A stretch of DNA of 64,000 nt from Octopus bimaculoides (GCF_001194135.2 NC_068998.1:17962631-18026630), one strand, 5' to 3'; numbered from the stretch's first letter, positions 1-11,780 are shown. Notes: generated by a model not told the origin, from the sequence alone. A program made the numbers and translations.

Positions 1-419
1 TTAACAAACCGTTATAGCAATAATATGGGTTAGGTTAGGTAGAATAAAAATAATTTAACCAAAAACCAAAAATGGGAGCTGGTGGATACTTTTTGAAACA
101 GAATATCAAATTACTAAAAGCTTCAGGAGTTAATGAATGTTAATGTTTTCAAAAGATATATAGGACTCTGAGACTTAACTACTTTTTTTTTCTGTTAAAC
201 AGATCCATGATCAGTTATGATATAGATTTGAAACTGAAAATAATTGCTACAGATTTTTTTTGTCAATTTGAGTAATCTGATTGGAATTGTTTTGATTTTT
301 TAGATCTGTCTGGATCTATGCCAATAATAGGAAGTATCTATTTATAACCATCATCACCATGGTTATTGTTGTTGTTAATGTTATTACTGTTGTTGTTGTT
401 GTTGTTATTATTATTATTA

Positions 420-622
420 TGGCAAACTGGCTGAATTGTTAGCATGCCATGCAAAATGATTAGTGGCATTTTGCCTGTTTTTACATTTTGAGTTCAAATT
501 CCTCTGAGTCAACTTTGCCTTTCATCCTTTCAGGGTCATTGAAATAAGTTCCACTTGAACAGTGGGGTCGATGTAATCAACTTATCCCCTCCCCCCAAAT
601 TGCTGGCCTTGTGCCAAAATTA
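420..622 (+). mobile_element. SINE family A (tRNA-derived, Meta-domain-like body)
   Basis: A-box-like TGGCTGAATTGTTAG and B-box GAGTTCAAATTC. Body CAACTTTGCCTTTCATCCTTTCAGGGTC..AAATAAG, end GGCCTTGTGCCAAAATT, then (ATT)n. At least 12 copies in the window. Confidence 0.85.
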
Positions 623-654
623 TTATTATTACTATTTTTATTAAGACTATTTTT

Positions 655-856
655 GAGCAAAACATTTCATCTCACATTGCTCTGCAATCACTTCAACACC
701 TGACATGTGTTGCACTGTGCACCTGTTCAGGCAATGTTATTTTGATCAAGCGAGTGAGCTTAATGTGCAGCACATACATTTGATCTTTATAAACAAATCA
801 CTTGTGCTGGTTATTCAGCAAAAGCTGATCATCCCATACTTTTGTCCATCATCAAG
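655..856 (+). mobile_element. SINE family F, 3' portion
   Basis: Aligns by eye to 38335-38626 (ACATTGCTCTG.AATCA.TTC.ACA.CTGACATGTG ... TATAAACAAATCA). Confidence 0.7.
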
Positions 857-1088
857 ACAGTGAGCTGGCAGAATCGTTAGTGTTTCAGGAAGACCCCAAG
901 AAATGCTTGACAGAATTTTTTCTGGCTCTTTCTGTTCTGAGTTTAAATTCTGTTGAGGTTGACTCTGCCTTTCATCCTTTTGGGGTCACTAAAATAAGTA
1001 TCAATTGAGCACTGGGGACAATATAAGCAATTGAATCCCTCTCATAAGAAGAAATTTTCAGGCCTTGTGCCTATAGTAGAAAGAATTA
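857..1088 (+). mobile_element. SINE family A (TATAGTAGAAAG tail variant)
   Basis: GAGCTGGCAGAATCGTTAG head, GACTCTGCCTTTCATCCTTTTGGGGTC body, end GGCCTTGTGCCTATAGTAGAAAGAATTATT. Confidence 0.85.
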
Positions 1089-1298
1089 TTGTTAATCATT
1101 ATTATTGTTGTTTATCTCTAAACTGCCCTGATCATAAACATTGACATTCCATAAGTTTACATAAGCTTTCATAAATACTTTGATTGAAAGCTGAAATTTT
1201 TATCAATAAAATTAAGACATTCTTGAGGGTTTAAAAAACCATGTCTTCCCTATTTAAGGGATGCACAATTATTCTCCCACCCCCCTTGTCATCTTCAG

Positions 1299-1355
1299 CA
1301 ACTGGATAAATACTTTTATGAAAAATGTCGAAGTTTGCTGTTTGGAGATGGATAA
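1299..1355 (+). CDS. Possible upstream coding exon (57 nt, phase 2/2) of the host gene
   Basis: Pyrimidine-rich acceptor CCCCCTTGTCATCTTCAG. Open frame NWINTFMKNVEVCCLEMDK, phase-compatible with exon 9867. The donor AA|GTCATG is weak. Confidence 0.25.
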   Translation, partial: QLDKYFYEKCRSLLFGDG

Positions 1356-1454
1356 GTCATGTGAATCTGCCTTGATAGACATGGTAGTGGTGATGCTAAA
1401 GCTGTTGTCTTTGAAATTTTGCTTCTCCTGAAGCTAAAACATGAAGTTATATTT

Positions 1455-1832
1455 TTTACATCTTTTGTTTCGGTCATCAGACTGCAGCCATGCTGGGGCA
1501 CCACCTTGAAGAATTTTAGTTGAACTTATCAACCCCAGTACTTAATTTTTTGTAAAACCTGGTGCTTATTCTATCAGTTTCTTTTGCTGAATCACTAGGT
1601 TACACGGCTGTAAACATAACAACACCAGTTGTCAAGTAGTGGTGGGGGACGAACACAAAAGCACACACACATGATAGGCTTTTATCAGTTTCCATCTACC
1701 AAATCCTCTCACAAGGCTTTGGTTGTCCTGAGGCTATAGTAGAAGACACTTGCCCAAGGTGCCACACAGTGGGACTGAATCTGGAGCCATGTAGTTGGGA
1801 AGCAAACTTCTTACCACACAGCCATGCCTGCA
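1455..1832 (-). mobile_element. SINE family C (tRNA head + CORE-like + microsatellite + LINE-type tail)
   Basis: Colinear with the best copy at 60952-61332. The minus strand carries GTGGCACCTTGGGCAAGTGTCTTCTACTATAGCC. Confidence 0.85.
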
Positions 1833-2724
1833 TCTACTTGAAGATTTTTTTTTTTTCTTGTTGAGAATTATAACAAATGTGTTGGTGTTAACTCTGATGC
1901 TATGGTGCAACATGGCAGTAATGCAGAAAACAATAAAACTACTATAAACAATGACAACAGTGGCACTTCCAACAACACTTTCAACAGTAGAAACAACAAC
2001 TAAAAAAGAAGAAAAATAATGCACTGAAAGTTGGAAAGGATAGAAATATAAACACCAACAAGATTAACAACAAAAAGGCTGAGAATGTCAGTGGAAAGTT
2101 GAATAAAAACAAGTGATATTAGCATCATCATCAACAAGAAGAAAACAGAAACATTACCCACAGCAACAGAAACAACAAAAATATAGAAATCAACAATAAC
2201 AAAACAGCAGTAACATCATGAAATATAACTCATTTGCAAAAGCTACCAGTACCTGCGTTTAACACTCAATTCAGTTTAAGACTGAATGTATAAGGTGAGT
2301 GTAACTTTATGTAAAGAAACCTAAAGTGATTGTGTTTCCAGAGGATTTGCTTGAATGTTTTACTAAGAAATAATTCCTACAAATGTGTTTCATTACTCTA
2401 CTAATATGATGATACATAATGTGCTGTTGAAACTTAACTCTGTAGATTTTTGGTGGCAGTTCAGTTGTAGAGCGATACAGGGAGATAAGAGATTTGTATC
2501 CTCTTCCCATGAAAAATACTTGGGAATGCAGTCAAACATTCTGGTGTTACACTTGAAAATTTTATTAAAATTTCCAGTCCATTTCCATATCCAAGACATA
2601 CGAAAAAAAATGATGGCAAGAATAGACGACAGAAAACCAAAATACATCAAAGTAGTGGCATCTCAAGCCACTGAAAATTTGGAACACAAAGACCATGTTT
2701 GAAACCAGAAAATGACCCAAATTG

Positions 2725-3065
2725 CTGCAGAGAATGAACTCTACAAGCTTGCAGTACTAAGCCTTTGTGAGACAAGGTAACTGAAGTCAGGACAGATGTA
2801 CCTGACTACAAGGGAAAGTTGACTCTGCTTAGGGTATGAAGAGGACAATGCTGCACTAGATACTGAAGGAGTTGGCTTCATGTTCTCCAGTGAAGCAGCA
2901 GCATCCTTGATGGAATGGTCAGGTGTATCACCCAGGATCATCACAATCAGATTCAACAAGGATGGTATATTTAATGCAGTTCTTTCTGCAACCAACAATG
3001 AAAGCATTCTATCAACTGCTGTCTTCTATTGATGAAACTGCTGAGAGGGATCTGGTCATAGCTAT
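2725..3065 (+). mobile_element. Decayed RTE-type LINE, apurinic endonuclease domain fragment
   Basis: Broken translation YKLAVLSLCETR*LKSG ... EGVGFMFSSEAAASLMEWSGVSPRIITIRF ... KAFYQLLSSIDETAERDLVI matches APE motifs of RTE ORFs (ETRW..SG, GVG, W..VS.RII..RF, FY..L). Confidence 0.75.
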
Positions 3066-3734
3066 CAACACCAATAAATTCACAACAACAATAGTGTTAT
3101 TGACAACGACAACTACAACTACATCAGCAAAAGCGAATTGAAAATAAATCACAATTTCCTTTGCTTCTTTTGCAAACTCCTCTGAGGAGTGCCCTACCCC
3201 AAACAAAAAAGCATAAAACCAGCATAGGTATGTCATTGCCATAGCCTTCTTGAAGCATCTCATTTAGCCTTAAGTTGAACCAAAAAAAAAAAAAAAAAAA
3301 AAAAAAAAAACGACACTTTTGGGTCTAAATAGTGAAAGATCATCAAAATGTGAAAGTTTGACAGGCCAAAAGTTAGAGATGAGAAGAGTATGAGTGTGAT
3401 GGATATGCCAATTCTAGATGGGTCTTTTACAAAACCCAAAACATATTTTACTCCAACACAAGTCATAAGGTAAGTGATCTTTTATCTTCGGCCAAACTTA
3501 CTTGAGAGTGAGATGCACATGGTCTGGTTGGTGTCGTGATGCAAGGTCACCTGGGGAATTAGTAAACTTAAATGAAATACTTTAGCAAATCGTGAATTTC
3601 TATACTGCACTCTTTCACTCTGTCACTCATTGAACCAGTTTGTGTGGAGGAGCAGTGTTGTTCTGGAAATGTCTAATTCTCCAGGTCAAGATGATCTCTC
3701 TAGGCCTTGATTATGAGTTAATAGTTCTACCCGG

Positions 3735-4055
3735 TGAAGGCACACGGCTTAGTGGTTAGGGTATTTGGCTTGTGATTGTAAGGGTGTGAGTTCAAAAACT
3801 GGTTTGCATTGTGACCCTAAGCAAGGCACTTTATTTCACATTGCTCCAGTCCACTTAGCTGGCAAAAATGAGTTGTACCTGTAATTCAAGGGGGCCAACT
3901 TTGTCACATTTTATGTGATGCTGAGTCTCCCTGAGAACTTCGTTGAGAGTACATGTCTGTGGAGTGCTCAGCCACTTGAATGTTAATTTGACAAGCAGGC
4001 TGTTCCGTTGATCAGATCAACTAAAACTCTTGATGTAACCAACAGAGTGTGCCAG
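3735..4055 (+). mobile_element. SINE family E (CORE-containing variant)
   Basis: tRNA-like head GGCACACGGCTTAGTGGTTAGG..GAGTTCAAAA and CORE-like GTGACCCTAAGCAAGGCACTT. The 3' half is shared with 57048-57250 and 52630-52815. Confidence 0.8.
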
Positions 4056-4129
4056 CTGTAGTTGTAGTTCTAATCATGTAACAGTAAAGTCAACACTTTA
4101 AGGTTAATAACCGTTTATACTCTAACAGT

Positions 4130-5462
4130 TAGATTTCTTTAAGTATTTGGAAATTTTCCTCTGATTGTCTTGCCTGTTAGTTAGTGGGAGATTGGAATGG
4201 TATCCTAGACATACACTGGTATTGTATGGGCATAGCTAACACAGGGGGTAACATTAAAAGCCTCTCTGTCATATTCATATGTTTCCAAGTGTTTAACCAG
4301 TATTGAATGGATTTCTCAAATGTACTAATTGTTCAAACTGCAGCAGCTGTTACTGGTTGTATTTAGGTAGTACATTTTTAGGTTATTGAATAGGGATGGT
4401 GTAGAATATCCACAATTCAATGTGGTGAGCTACACCGCTCACAGTTGGTGATCTGTATCGTATCTAGACAAGAATCCATTTACTGGAAGCTGAACATATA
4501 CTTTTGGCATGCGATGCCTATAGAGACTGGATTAGCAAGATAGTTAAAGGGAAATTGACAGGTACAAACTTCAACAAGTAGTGGATCTCATCAAAGAAGA
4601 AAATTATGAGAGAATCTATTAATTTTTGTAAGGAACTATCATTAGAGAACAATAATTTAAAAAAAAAATTGCTAGTAGATAGTCTCAAAGTGGCTAATAT
4701 GAAAGTCATTACAAAGTGGAAACAACATGAATGCATTTTGACCGCATTTTCGATGAAGAACACTAAGATTATGTTGTCCGAGCTAAACATGAGAGAATGA
4801 AAGCTGTTCAATGGAACTTAAGCAGAGGTGCACCATGACAACAAAATTACATTTTTGATTTGTGTCAAACTGCAGTGAGCATATGCTACTTATTTCCAAG
4901 CAGATGTATGCAGTTTTCCAGTAGCACTTTGCAAAGAACAAAGAGCTGGAGACAATGAAATTTGATGCCTATCTCAGCAGTCTGGCAGTGGGCAGTGCAA
5001 AACTCTGCAAAAAGCTGATTCCAGCAACTGAAACAGTGGATACTTGGACCAGCTGTGTTAGAGGCACAAAACTGATACTGGATGATCTGCTCTTCAAGCT
5101 TTATTACTACATACCATATTTGCTTATTATTGTCATAACAGCTGTATACTGCAACTGACGGGATACTTGAAGCATTTCCAATTGTAAGAGCAGAAGAAAA
5201 GTCATACTGCTGTGTAATGATCTGAACAAGGGGAACATACTCAACTGTTTTAAACCCATAACTCTATTAAACACAAAGTTAAAGAGTGTTACTAACGTTG
5301 CTCAAGAGGCTGGTGTTTATACTCAAAAATATAATTGGAAAGGCACAAACCTGTGTGATCCCCTAGCAGGTCTAGACACAACAATCTCTACCTCACATAA
5401 TACATTGCAGAGTGGCTTAGGAATAGACCGGGCTTTAGTGAAGCTCTGATCAATTTGGATTG
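4130..5462 (+). mobile_element. Decayed L1/Tx1-clade LINE ORF2 (endonuclease end through RT N-terminal motifs)
   Basis: Motifs in the correct order across frameshifts: VGDWNGILD (~4184), YWKLN (4481), CVRGTKLILDDLLFKLY (decayed KSPG.DGLP.E.Y), FKPITLLNTKLK (~5250), RL..ILKNIIGKAQTCVIP.RS, ALINLD (~5450). Confidence 0.75.
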
Positions 5463-5481
5463 TTAATATTAGTATGAGCTA

Positions 5482-6058
5482 AGGCAGTGAGCTGGTAGAA
5501 TTGTCAGCATACAGGGCTAAATGCTTAGCGGCATTTTGTCTGTCATTATGTTTTTAGTTCAAATTCCACTGAGGTTGATTTTGCCTTTCATCCTTTCAGG
5601 GTTGATAAATTAGGTACCAGTTGAACACTGGGGTTGTTGTAACCCCCTCTCTGAAATTGCTGACCTTGTGCCAAAATTTGTAGCTAATATTACACTCTGA
5701 GTGCAAATCTTCTGAAGTCAACTTCACCTTTCATCACTCTTGTGTCAATAAAATAAAGTAGTAATGAGACCAATGGTAATAATGGGTATTGATTAACCCC
5801 CCTCTCCACAAAATTACTGATCTTGTAGCTTGATTAGAAACAATTGCTATTAATATATTAAGAAAGTTGGTGGATTGGTTGAATTGCTAAGGTGGTGGGC
5901 AAAATGTCTTGTATTTGTTTTAGCCCTTTACCAGATTTTCATATAGATTTTGGGGGTTGATAAAATAAGTACCAGTTGAGCACTAGGGTCATATAATCAA
6001 CCTACTTACTCCCCTAAAATTGCTTGCCTTGTGCCAAAATTTGAAACCATTATTATTG
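5482..6058 (+). mobile_element. Cluster of three SINE family A copies (one full, two partial or decayed)
   Basis: Repeated CTTTCATC..TT.GGG.TGATAAA.TAAGTACCAGTTGA.CACT.GGG motifs at about 5580, 5725 and 5950. Confidence 0.75.
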
Positions 6059-6225
6059 TTGAGTGAGAGAGCAGTGCATGCTATTCAAGTGACACTGGGG
6101 AACAAATATACAAAGCTCAGTATACCCATCATGACTACCTGTCTGCTTTAAAATAAACCATGTACTGACATATGAACCTGTTTGAGATAGAGCTAGAAAT
6201 ACTAAGGACTGTAATAAACCATATA

Positions 6226-6525
6226 CATGAAGATGCTTGGCTCAGTGGTTAGAGCATCAGGGTTATGATCATGAGGTTGTGAGTTCAATTCCTGGACCAG
6301 ACTGTGTGTTGTGTTCATGAGCAAGACATTTTATTTCATGTTGCTTCAGTTCACTCCGCTATAGAAATGTGTTGTAACATCACTGGTGCCAAGTTGTATT
6401 AGATAACATCAGTGGTGCTGAGAGGAGTGGCTGGTATGCATAAACAATCTTTTCTGGACTTAGGCCTTGGAGGGGAACTTTCTAGGTGCAATCCCATGGT
6501 CATTCATGACTGAAGGAGGTCTTGT
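6226..6525 (+). mobile_element. SINE family G (tRNA head + CORE-like + distinct tail)
   Basis: TGGCTCAGTGGTTAGAGC A-box, GAGTTCAATTCC B-box, CORE-like GTGTTCATGAGCAAGACA. The tail segment TGGAGGGGAACTTTC recurs at about 31420. Confidence 0.7.
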
Positions 6526-6534
6526 ACTAATATT

Positions 6535-6760
6535 CTTTTATTCTTTTCAGTCATTTGACTGCGGCCATGCTGGAGCACTGCCTTTAGTTGAACAAATTGA
6601 CCCCAGAACTTATTCTTTGTAAGCCTAGTACTTATTCTGTTGGTTTCCTTTGCTGAACTGCTAAGTTATGGGGACATGGACACACCAACATCGGTCGTCA
6701 AGCGATGGGGTGTGGGACAAACACAGACACACAAACATATTACACACACACACACACACA

Positions 6761-6806
<46 letters not shown>

Positions 6807-6968
6807 TACAACGGGCTTCTTTCAGTTTCCATCTACCAAATCCACTCACAAGGCTTTGGTCAGCCCGAGGCTATAGTAGAAGACACATGCCCAAGGTGCC
6901 ACGCTGTGGGACTGAACCTGGAACCATGTAGTTGGTAAGGAAGCTACTTACCACATAGCCACTCCTGA
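6535..6968 (-). mobile_element. SINE family C with expanded internal (CA)n
   Basis: Full-length colinearity with 60952-61332. The internal microsatellite is about 60 bp. Confidence 0.9.
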
Positions 6969-6992
6969 ACCTATATATATATATATATATAC

Positions 6993-7075
<83 letters not shown>

Positions 7076-7084
7076 TATATGCAT

Positions 7085-7203
7085 ACATACATACATATAT
7101 ATACAACAGGTTTCTTTCGGTTTCCATCTACCAAATCCACTCACAAGGCTTTGGTTGGCCTGAGACTATAGTAGAAGACACTTGCCTAGGATGCCACGCA
7201 GTC
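7085..7203 (-). mobile_element. SINE family C fragment (CORE-side)
   Basis: CAGTTTCC/CGGTTTCCATCTACCAAATCCACTCACAAGGCTTTGG..CTATAGTAGAAGACACTTGCC. Confidence 0.8.
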
Positions 7204-8320
7204 ATTACTTTTTTACATTAAGCTCTAAATGACATCACATTTAATATAATATTACTTCTACATTATACATCACAAAGCAGTTTGCCTTTCTGTTGGTTAA
7301 TTCAAAATTACTTCAGTTTCTGTTTTATATTTAACCCTTATAAAATGGCTGGGTTGATCGATTGGTCCATCATTTTTTTCTGTTAGAAAGAAAAGCAATG
7401 CTGATTTTCACCTTTATCTAACTATTGAGATTCAGGTATACATACATACATAGACATATGCATAAACACACACATACATACCAACATATACACAAACACA
7501 CTTATACACACACACACACACACATTTCTTTTACAGATTTTAAAATGATATCAACCTTGTTCTTGGTTTCATTGTCTTCATTGTAGAAACATCAGAAAGC
7601 TTTGACATCAAAGGTCAGATGACATCATCTGACCTTTGTCATTATTTGCTGTGAAAATAATTAGTTTTGCTCCTCTAACAGAAATCTTCACCTTCAACAA
7701 TTCAGTTTTATCTGAATATGTTTATAATTTCCCCAAAATTTTTCTTATATTTTCTGTTGCAGTTCCAGGCACACTGACAACAATTATTATACAAGTTTTT
7801 TTTTCTAGTTCTTTTATTCCTAATAATAATTGTTGTTTTATTATTTTTTATGAAGTTGATATGGTATTGTTCTTTTATTAAATTACCACGATGAAAATTA
7901 TTCCAATAACGTACTTAATGTATTATAGTTGTATTATTATACTTATAATTAATTCTGTTCTTTTAATTGCACCTCCAATGTTATGTTATTGTTAATTTTT
8001 CATCAAATTGTTATATATTTTCATTTTTTTAGTTAAGGATTTATTGATTATGGATACATCCTTTTTGATTTGTTAAATATTCTTACATATTTTGGACTTC
8101 CCTAATCTGATATCTAGGGAGCATTCAATAACTTTAGTGGAGGCCTATTCTTTTTTCTTGTTTATTTTTGGTTAAGTTATATTTCAATTTTCAATTTCTC
8201 AAAGTGATTTTTGTGTATGTGTGTGTGAATGGTGGGAATTTGTCTAATATGTGTGCGTGCGTGTGTGCATGCATATATATGTACACACACACACACGAAA
8301 TATAGTAGTTAACTGTTTCA

Positions 8321-8392
<72 letters not shown>

Positions 8393-8397
8393 GCACA

Positions 8398-8598
8398 TGA
8401 AGGGGTGCTGAAAAGCTCCTGGCTTTGGGTAAAAGAATACACAAGAAGATTAGTTAATTATGATTTTATTCAACATATCCCCCTCTCAGATCCACACACT
8501 TCAGTTTTTCTAAGCCCTGTAAAAGAACTCAAATGGTTGGGCCTCCAACCAGGCCTTTCATGATACCCTTAAGCCAGGAACTTTTCAGCACCCTTTTA
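8398..8598. mobile_element. Mariner-like MITE, ~200 bp
   Basis: Terminal inverted repeats GGGGTGCTGAAAAGCTCCTGGCTT / AAGCCAGGAACTTTTCAGCACCC in a TA-rich context. Second copy at 41880-42080. Confidence 0.85.
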
Positions 8599-9013
8599 TA
8601 TATATATATATATGAGAAATTATGATAAACACAAGTTTATATCTTTTGTTCCCTGTCTATGTTTCTCTGTTGTGGTTATTTGCATCTTCCACAATGAGTG
8701 TTCCAAGTGCAGTTGGGTGCCAAACCACAACAGTTCATCAGAGGAACACTTTATTGCATTATGTTACACAAACCAAATGCTTATATATGTCTGTGATTAA
8801 TGTGTCCAGATAACACCGATAATTTCTTACTGGTAAAAACGTTTTTTATGGCTACATATAGTATCTCAGATGTTACATATTAGAATCTTCAACTCAAAAC
8901 AAGATAAAGTAACAGAAGAGAACCATGATATATAAATATAGCATAAGCTGGTAAGAGTAAAGGAAACCAACAAGAATGAACTAAGATGAATATGCCAAAT
9001 AGTTAACAAGATA

Positions 9014-9046
<33 letters not shown>

Positions 9047-9866
9047 TTGCTATTGCGAATATGCTGAAGATCATTGTATCTAAATTCATGGTCACTAGTG
9101 TGAAATCATGGTAATTACAGGCACTATACACATGCACATACATGCACACACACCTGCACATACATACACACACACACACACACATACGTGCACATACACA
9201 GACACACACATTGCTTAATGTGTATATTAAGTGCTTTGGTGTTTTGTGCACACATAAAAAGAGCAGCATCTAATCATGCTTCTTACACTATATATACAAA
9301 AACTAGAACATCTAAATACATGCACATACACACATACAGTGTTCAGTTTATTTTTAATTATGTCATGTACTTATTGTAGGTCATTTAAATGTTCATTAAG
9401 TTTGTAATTTTACTTATATCATTTCCATAAAAGGTTTAGTGAATATTAAGTTTTATTTGTCAAAAGAATTATTACTATTGACTAAATATTTTATTCATTG
9501 CACACCTATTAACATTATGAAGTTGCTGAAACTATAGATTGGATTCAGAAGGTGTTAGTATTTTCTCCAATCTTTCTGCTATCAGCTCTTCACTAGCTTC
9601 AGCTTTTACAACTGTTAATCAACTGTGACTAATTGTCATATACACTATATAATTCTTTGTTTTATTGCAACTTCCTGTTCTAAAATGTATGCATATATAT
9701 GACTATGTTGTCACTCATTAAAATTCTTAATGTATTTCTGTCAGATTATTTCTCTATATAATTACTTCTCTCCCTAATATAATCATGTCTTTTGTTCTTT
9801 CCTATCCTTGTACGTTACACAATTACCTCTGCTTCATATTTATGAGTAAATTGAACTCCATTTCAG

Positions 9867-10069
9867 ATCTGATATGGTATCTAATGCATCTTCTAGTCCA
9901 ACCTTCACAAGATCTGACATGTGTGGAGGAGGAGTATTACCTCCAGCTAGCAGTTTGGGTCACTCACCTCCACTCAGTTTGTCTGAGTCTACACCTACTC
10001 ATACTGAGTACACAGAAGGTACACCGAGCTATACAACCTCAAGTCCAAGTTGTTCCAGTGATGTACTAG
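9867..10069 (+). CDS. Internal coding exon of unidentified host gene (Ser/Thr/Pro-rich)
   Basis: Acceptor CCATTTCAG|A and donor CTAG|GTATGT. Frame SDMVSNASSSPTFTRSDMCGGGVLPPASSLGHSPPLSLSESTPTHTEYTEGTPSYTTSSPSCSSDVL, phase 2 to 1. GC is higher than the flanks and the sequence is non-repetitive. Confidence 0.7.
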
Positions 10070-11529
10070 GTATGTTATTTAATTTCAGTGTGTTTAATGT
10101 AATGATTGTCAGTCATGCTATTGTGGGTCTTTCGTTCCACCCTTTCAATGTTTTTCAAACTGATGCGTGCTAGTGGCACTGTTAATCTTGTTACCTGTTA
10201 GCTGGCTTTGCTTCCTACCATGCATGTTTCTGGTGTAACAACCCCTAACATTGCAGTACTCAGTGTATGATTTTACACTGAGTTTCAAATGTTTCAGGGC
10301 TTGGAGTATGATAAAAAGAAAAGGACTTGTCCTTATGTATATTTTTTTTTAAAGTTGCTGCTGATCTGTAGTCGACATTTTGTAGCAATGGTGTGCATGA
10401 GTGCATGCATGAAACTTTATATACTCCTTATATGTGCTTGCAATCTAAACATAGTTTGAGTGTCAGACAAAAGTAAATCATGATACTTTTACTAAAAGGT
10501 TCTTCCTTATAGAAGAAAATATAATTAATCCTCTTTTTCTCCCCCCCCCCCCCATTTTTTTGTAGCACTCACTCTAACAATATTCACTTCTGACATTCTC
10601 TTAAACATATTAATTTTTATTCTTTATTAAAATTCCTTTTTTTTTTTTGTTTATTTTTAAAAGATCTTTTATGTTTTAAAATAATCCTAATTAGGAATGC
10701 ATGACAAAAGATTTCCATGAGTTGAAAGCACTGCAATATAAACTCTATGGACTGACCATAAGAAAATAAAACATTAACATAATAAAATGAAACTTCCCAA
10801 AAGTNNNNNNNNNNNNNNNNNNNNNNNNNNNNNNNNNNNNNNNNNNNNNNNNNNNNNNNNNNNNNNNNNNNNNNNNNNNNNNNNNNNNNNNNNNNNNNNN
10901 NNNNNNNNNNNNNNNNNNNNNNNNNNNNNNNNNNNNNNNNNNNNNNNNNNNNNNNNNNNNNNNNNNNNNNNNNNNNNNNNNNNNNNNNNNNNNNNNNNNN
11001 NNNNNNNNNNNNNNNNNNNNNNNNNNNNNNNNNNNNNNNNNNNNNNNNNNNNNNNNNNNNNNNNNNNNNNNNNNNNNNNNNNNNNNNNNNNNNNNNNNNN
11101 NNNNNNNNNNNNNNNNNNNNNNNNNNNNNNNNNNNNNNNNNNNNNNNNNNNNNNNNNNNNNNNNNNNNNNNNNNNNNNNNNNNNNNNNNNNNNNNNNNNN
11201 NNNNNNNNNNNNNNNNNNNNNNNNNNNNNNNNNNNNNNNNNNNNNNNNNNNNNNNNNNNNNNNNNNNNNNNNNNNNNNNNNNNNNNNNNNNNNNNNNNNN
11301 NNNNNNNNNNNNNNNNNNNNNNNNNNNNNNNNNNNNNNNNNNNNNNNNNNNNNNNNNNNNNNNNNNNNNNNNNNNNNNNNNNNNNNNNNNNNNNNNNNNN
11401 NNNNNNNNNNNNNNNNNNNNNNNNNNNNNNNNNAAAAAAAAAAAAAAAAAAAAACTCAGTCAATATGAACATAAGAAATATCAATGTTCAAATATATGTA
11501 TGAACATGAATATAATTGAACGATGAAGG

Positions 11530-11780
11530 AATTCACTTGGCAACCACGGTTTCAATCCCACCATGTGGCATCGTAGGCAAGCTAGTGAATTTTGGATAGA
11601 CAGGTGCCATGTGGAAGCCTTTTGAATTGTATGTGTAATTCAAAGGTCCATCCTTGTCACACTGTGTCTTGCTGATTCTACTTAAATTTTGCTAAGGGTA
11701 CACATGTTTGTGAAATACTCAAGCACTTTTCATGCTAATTCAATGAGCAAGTCATCCAGTAAATTGAACAATAGGTTGCT
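11530..11780 (+). mobile_element. Old, decayed SINE family E-like copy
   Basis: GTAATTCAAAGGTCCATCCTTGTCACACTGTGTC..AAGGGTACACATGTTTGTG matches the E 3' half. Confidence 0.6.

Noticed and set aside
6640-7140. HT/CV/YI/SL/RE dipeptide ORFs here and throughout (e.g. 8191-8563, 25598-25992, 26953-27300, 58857-59205)
   Set aside because: Translations of (CA)n, (TA)n and (CT)n microsatellites and SINE sequence.
10774-11503. Long ORFs of 100-270 aa containing X (also near 18.0, 34.8, 38.0, 38.8, 43.8, 45.5, 50.3, 51.2 and 53.0 kb)
   Set aside because: They span N-gaps, so their length is an artefact of unknown bases.
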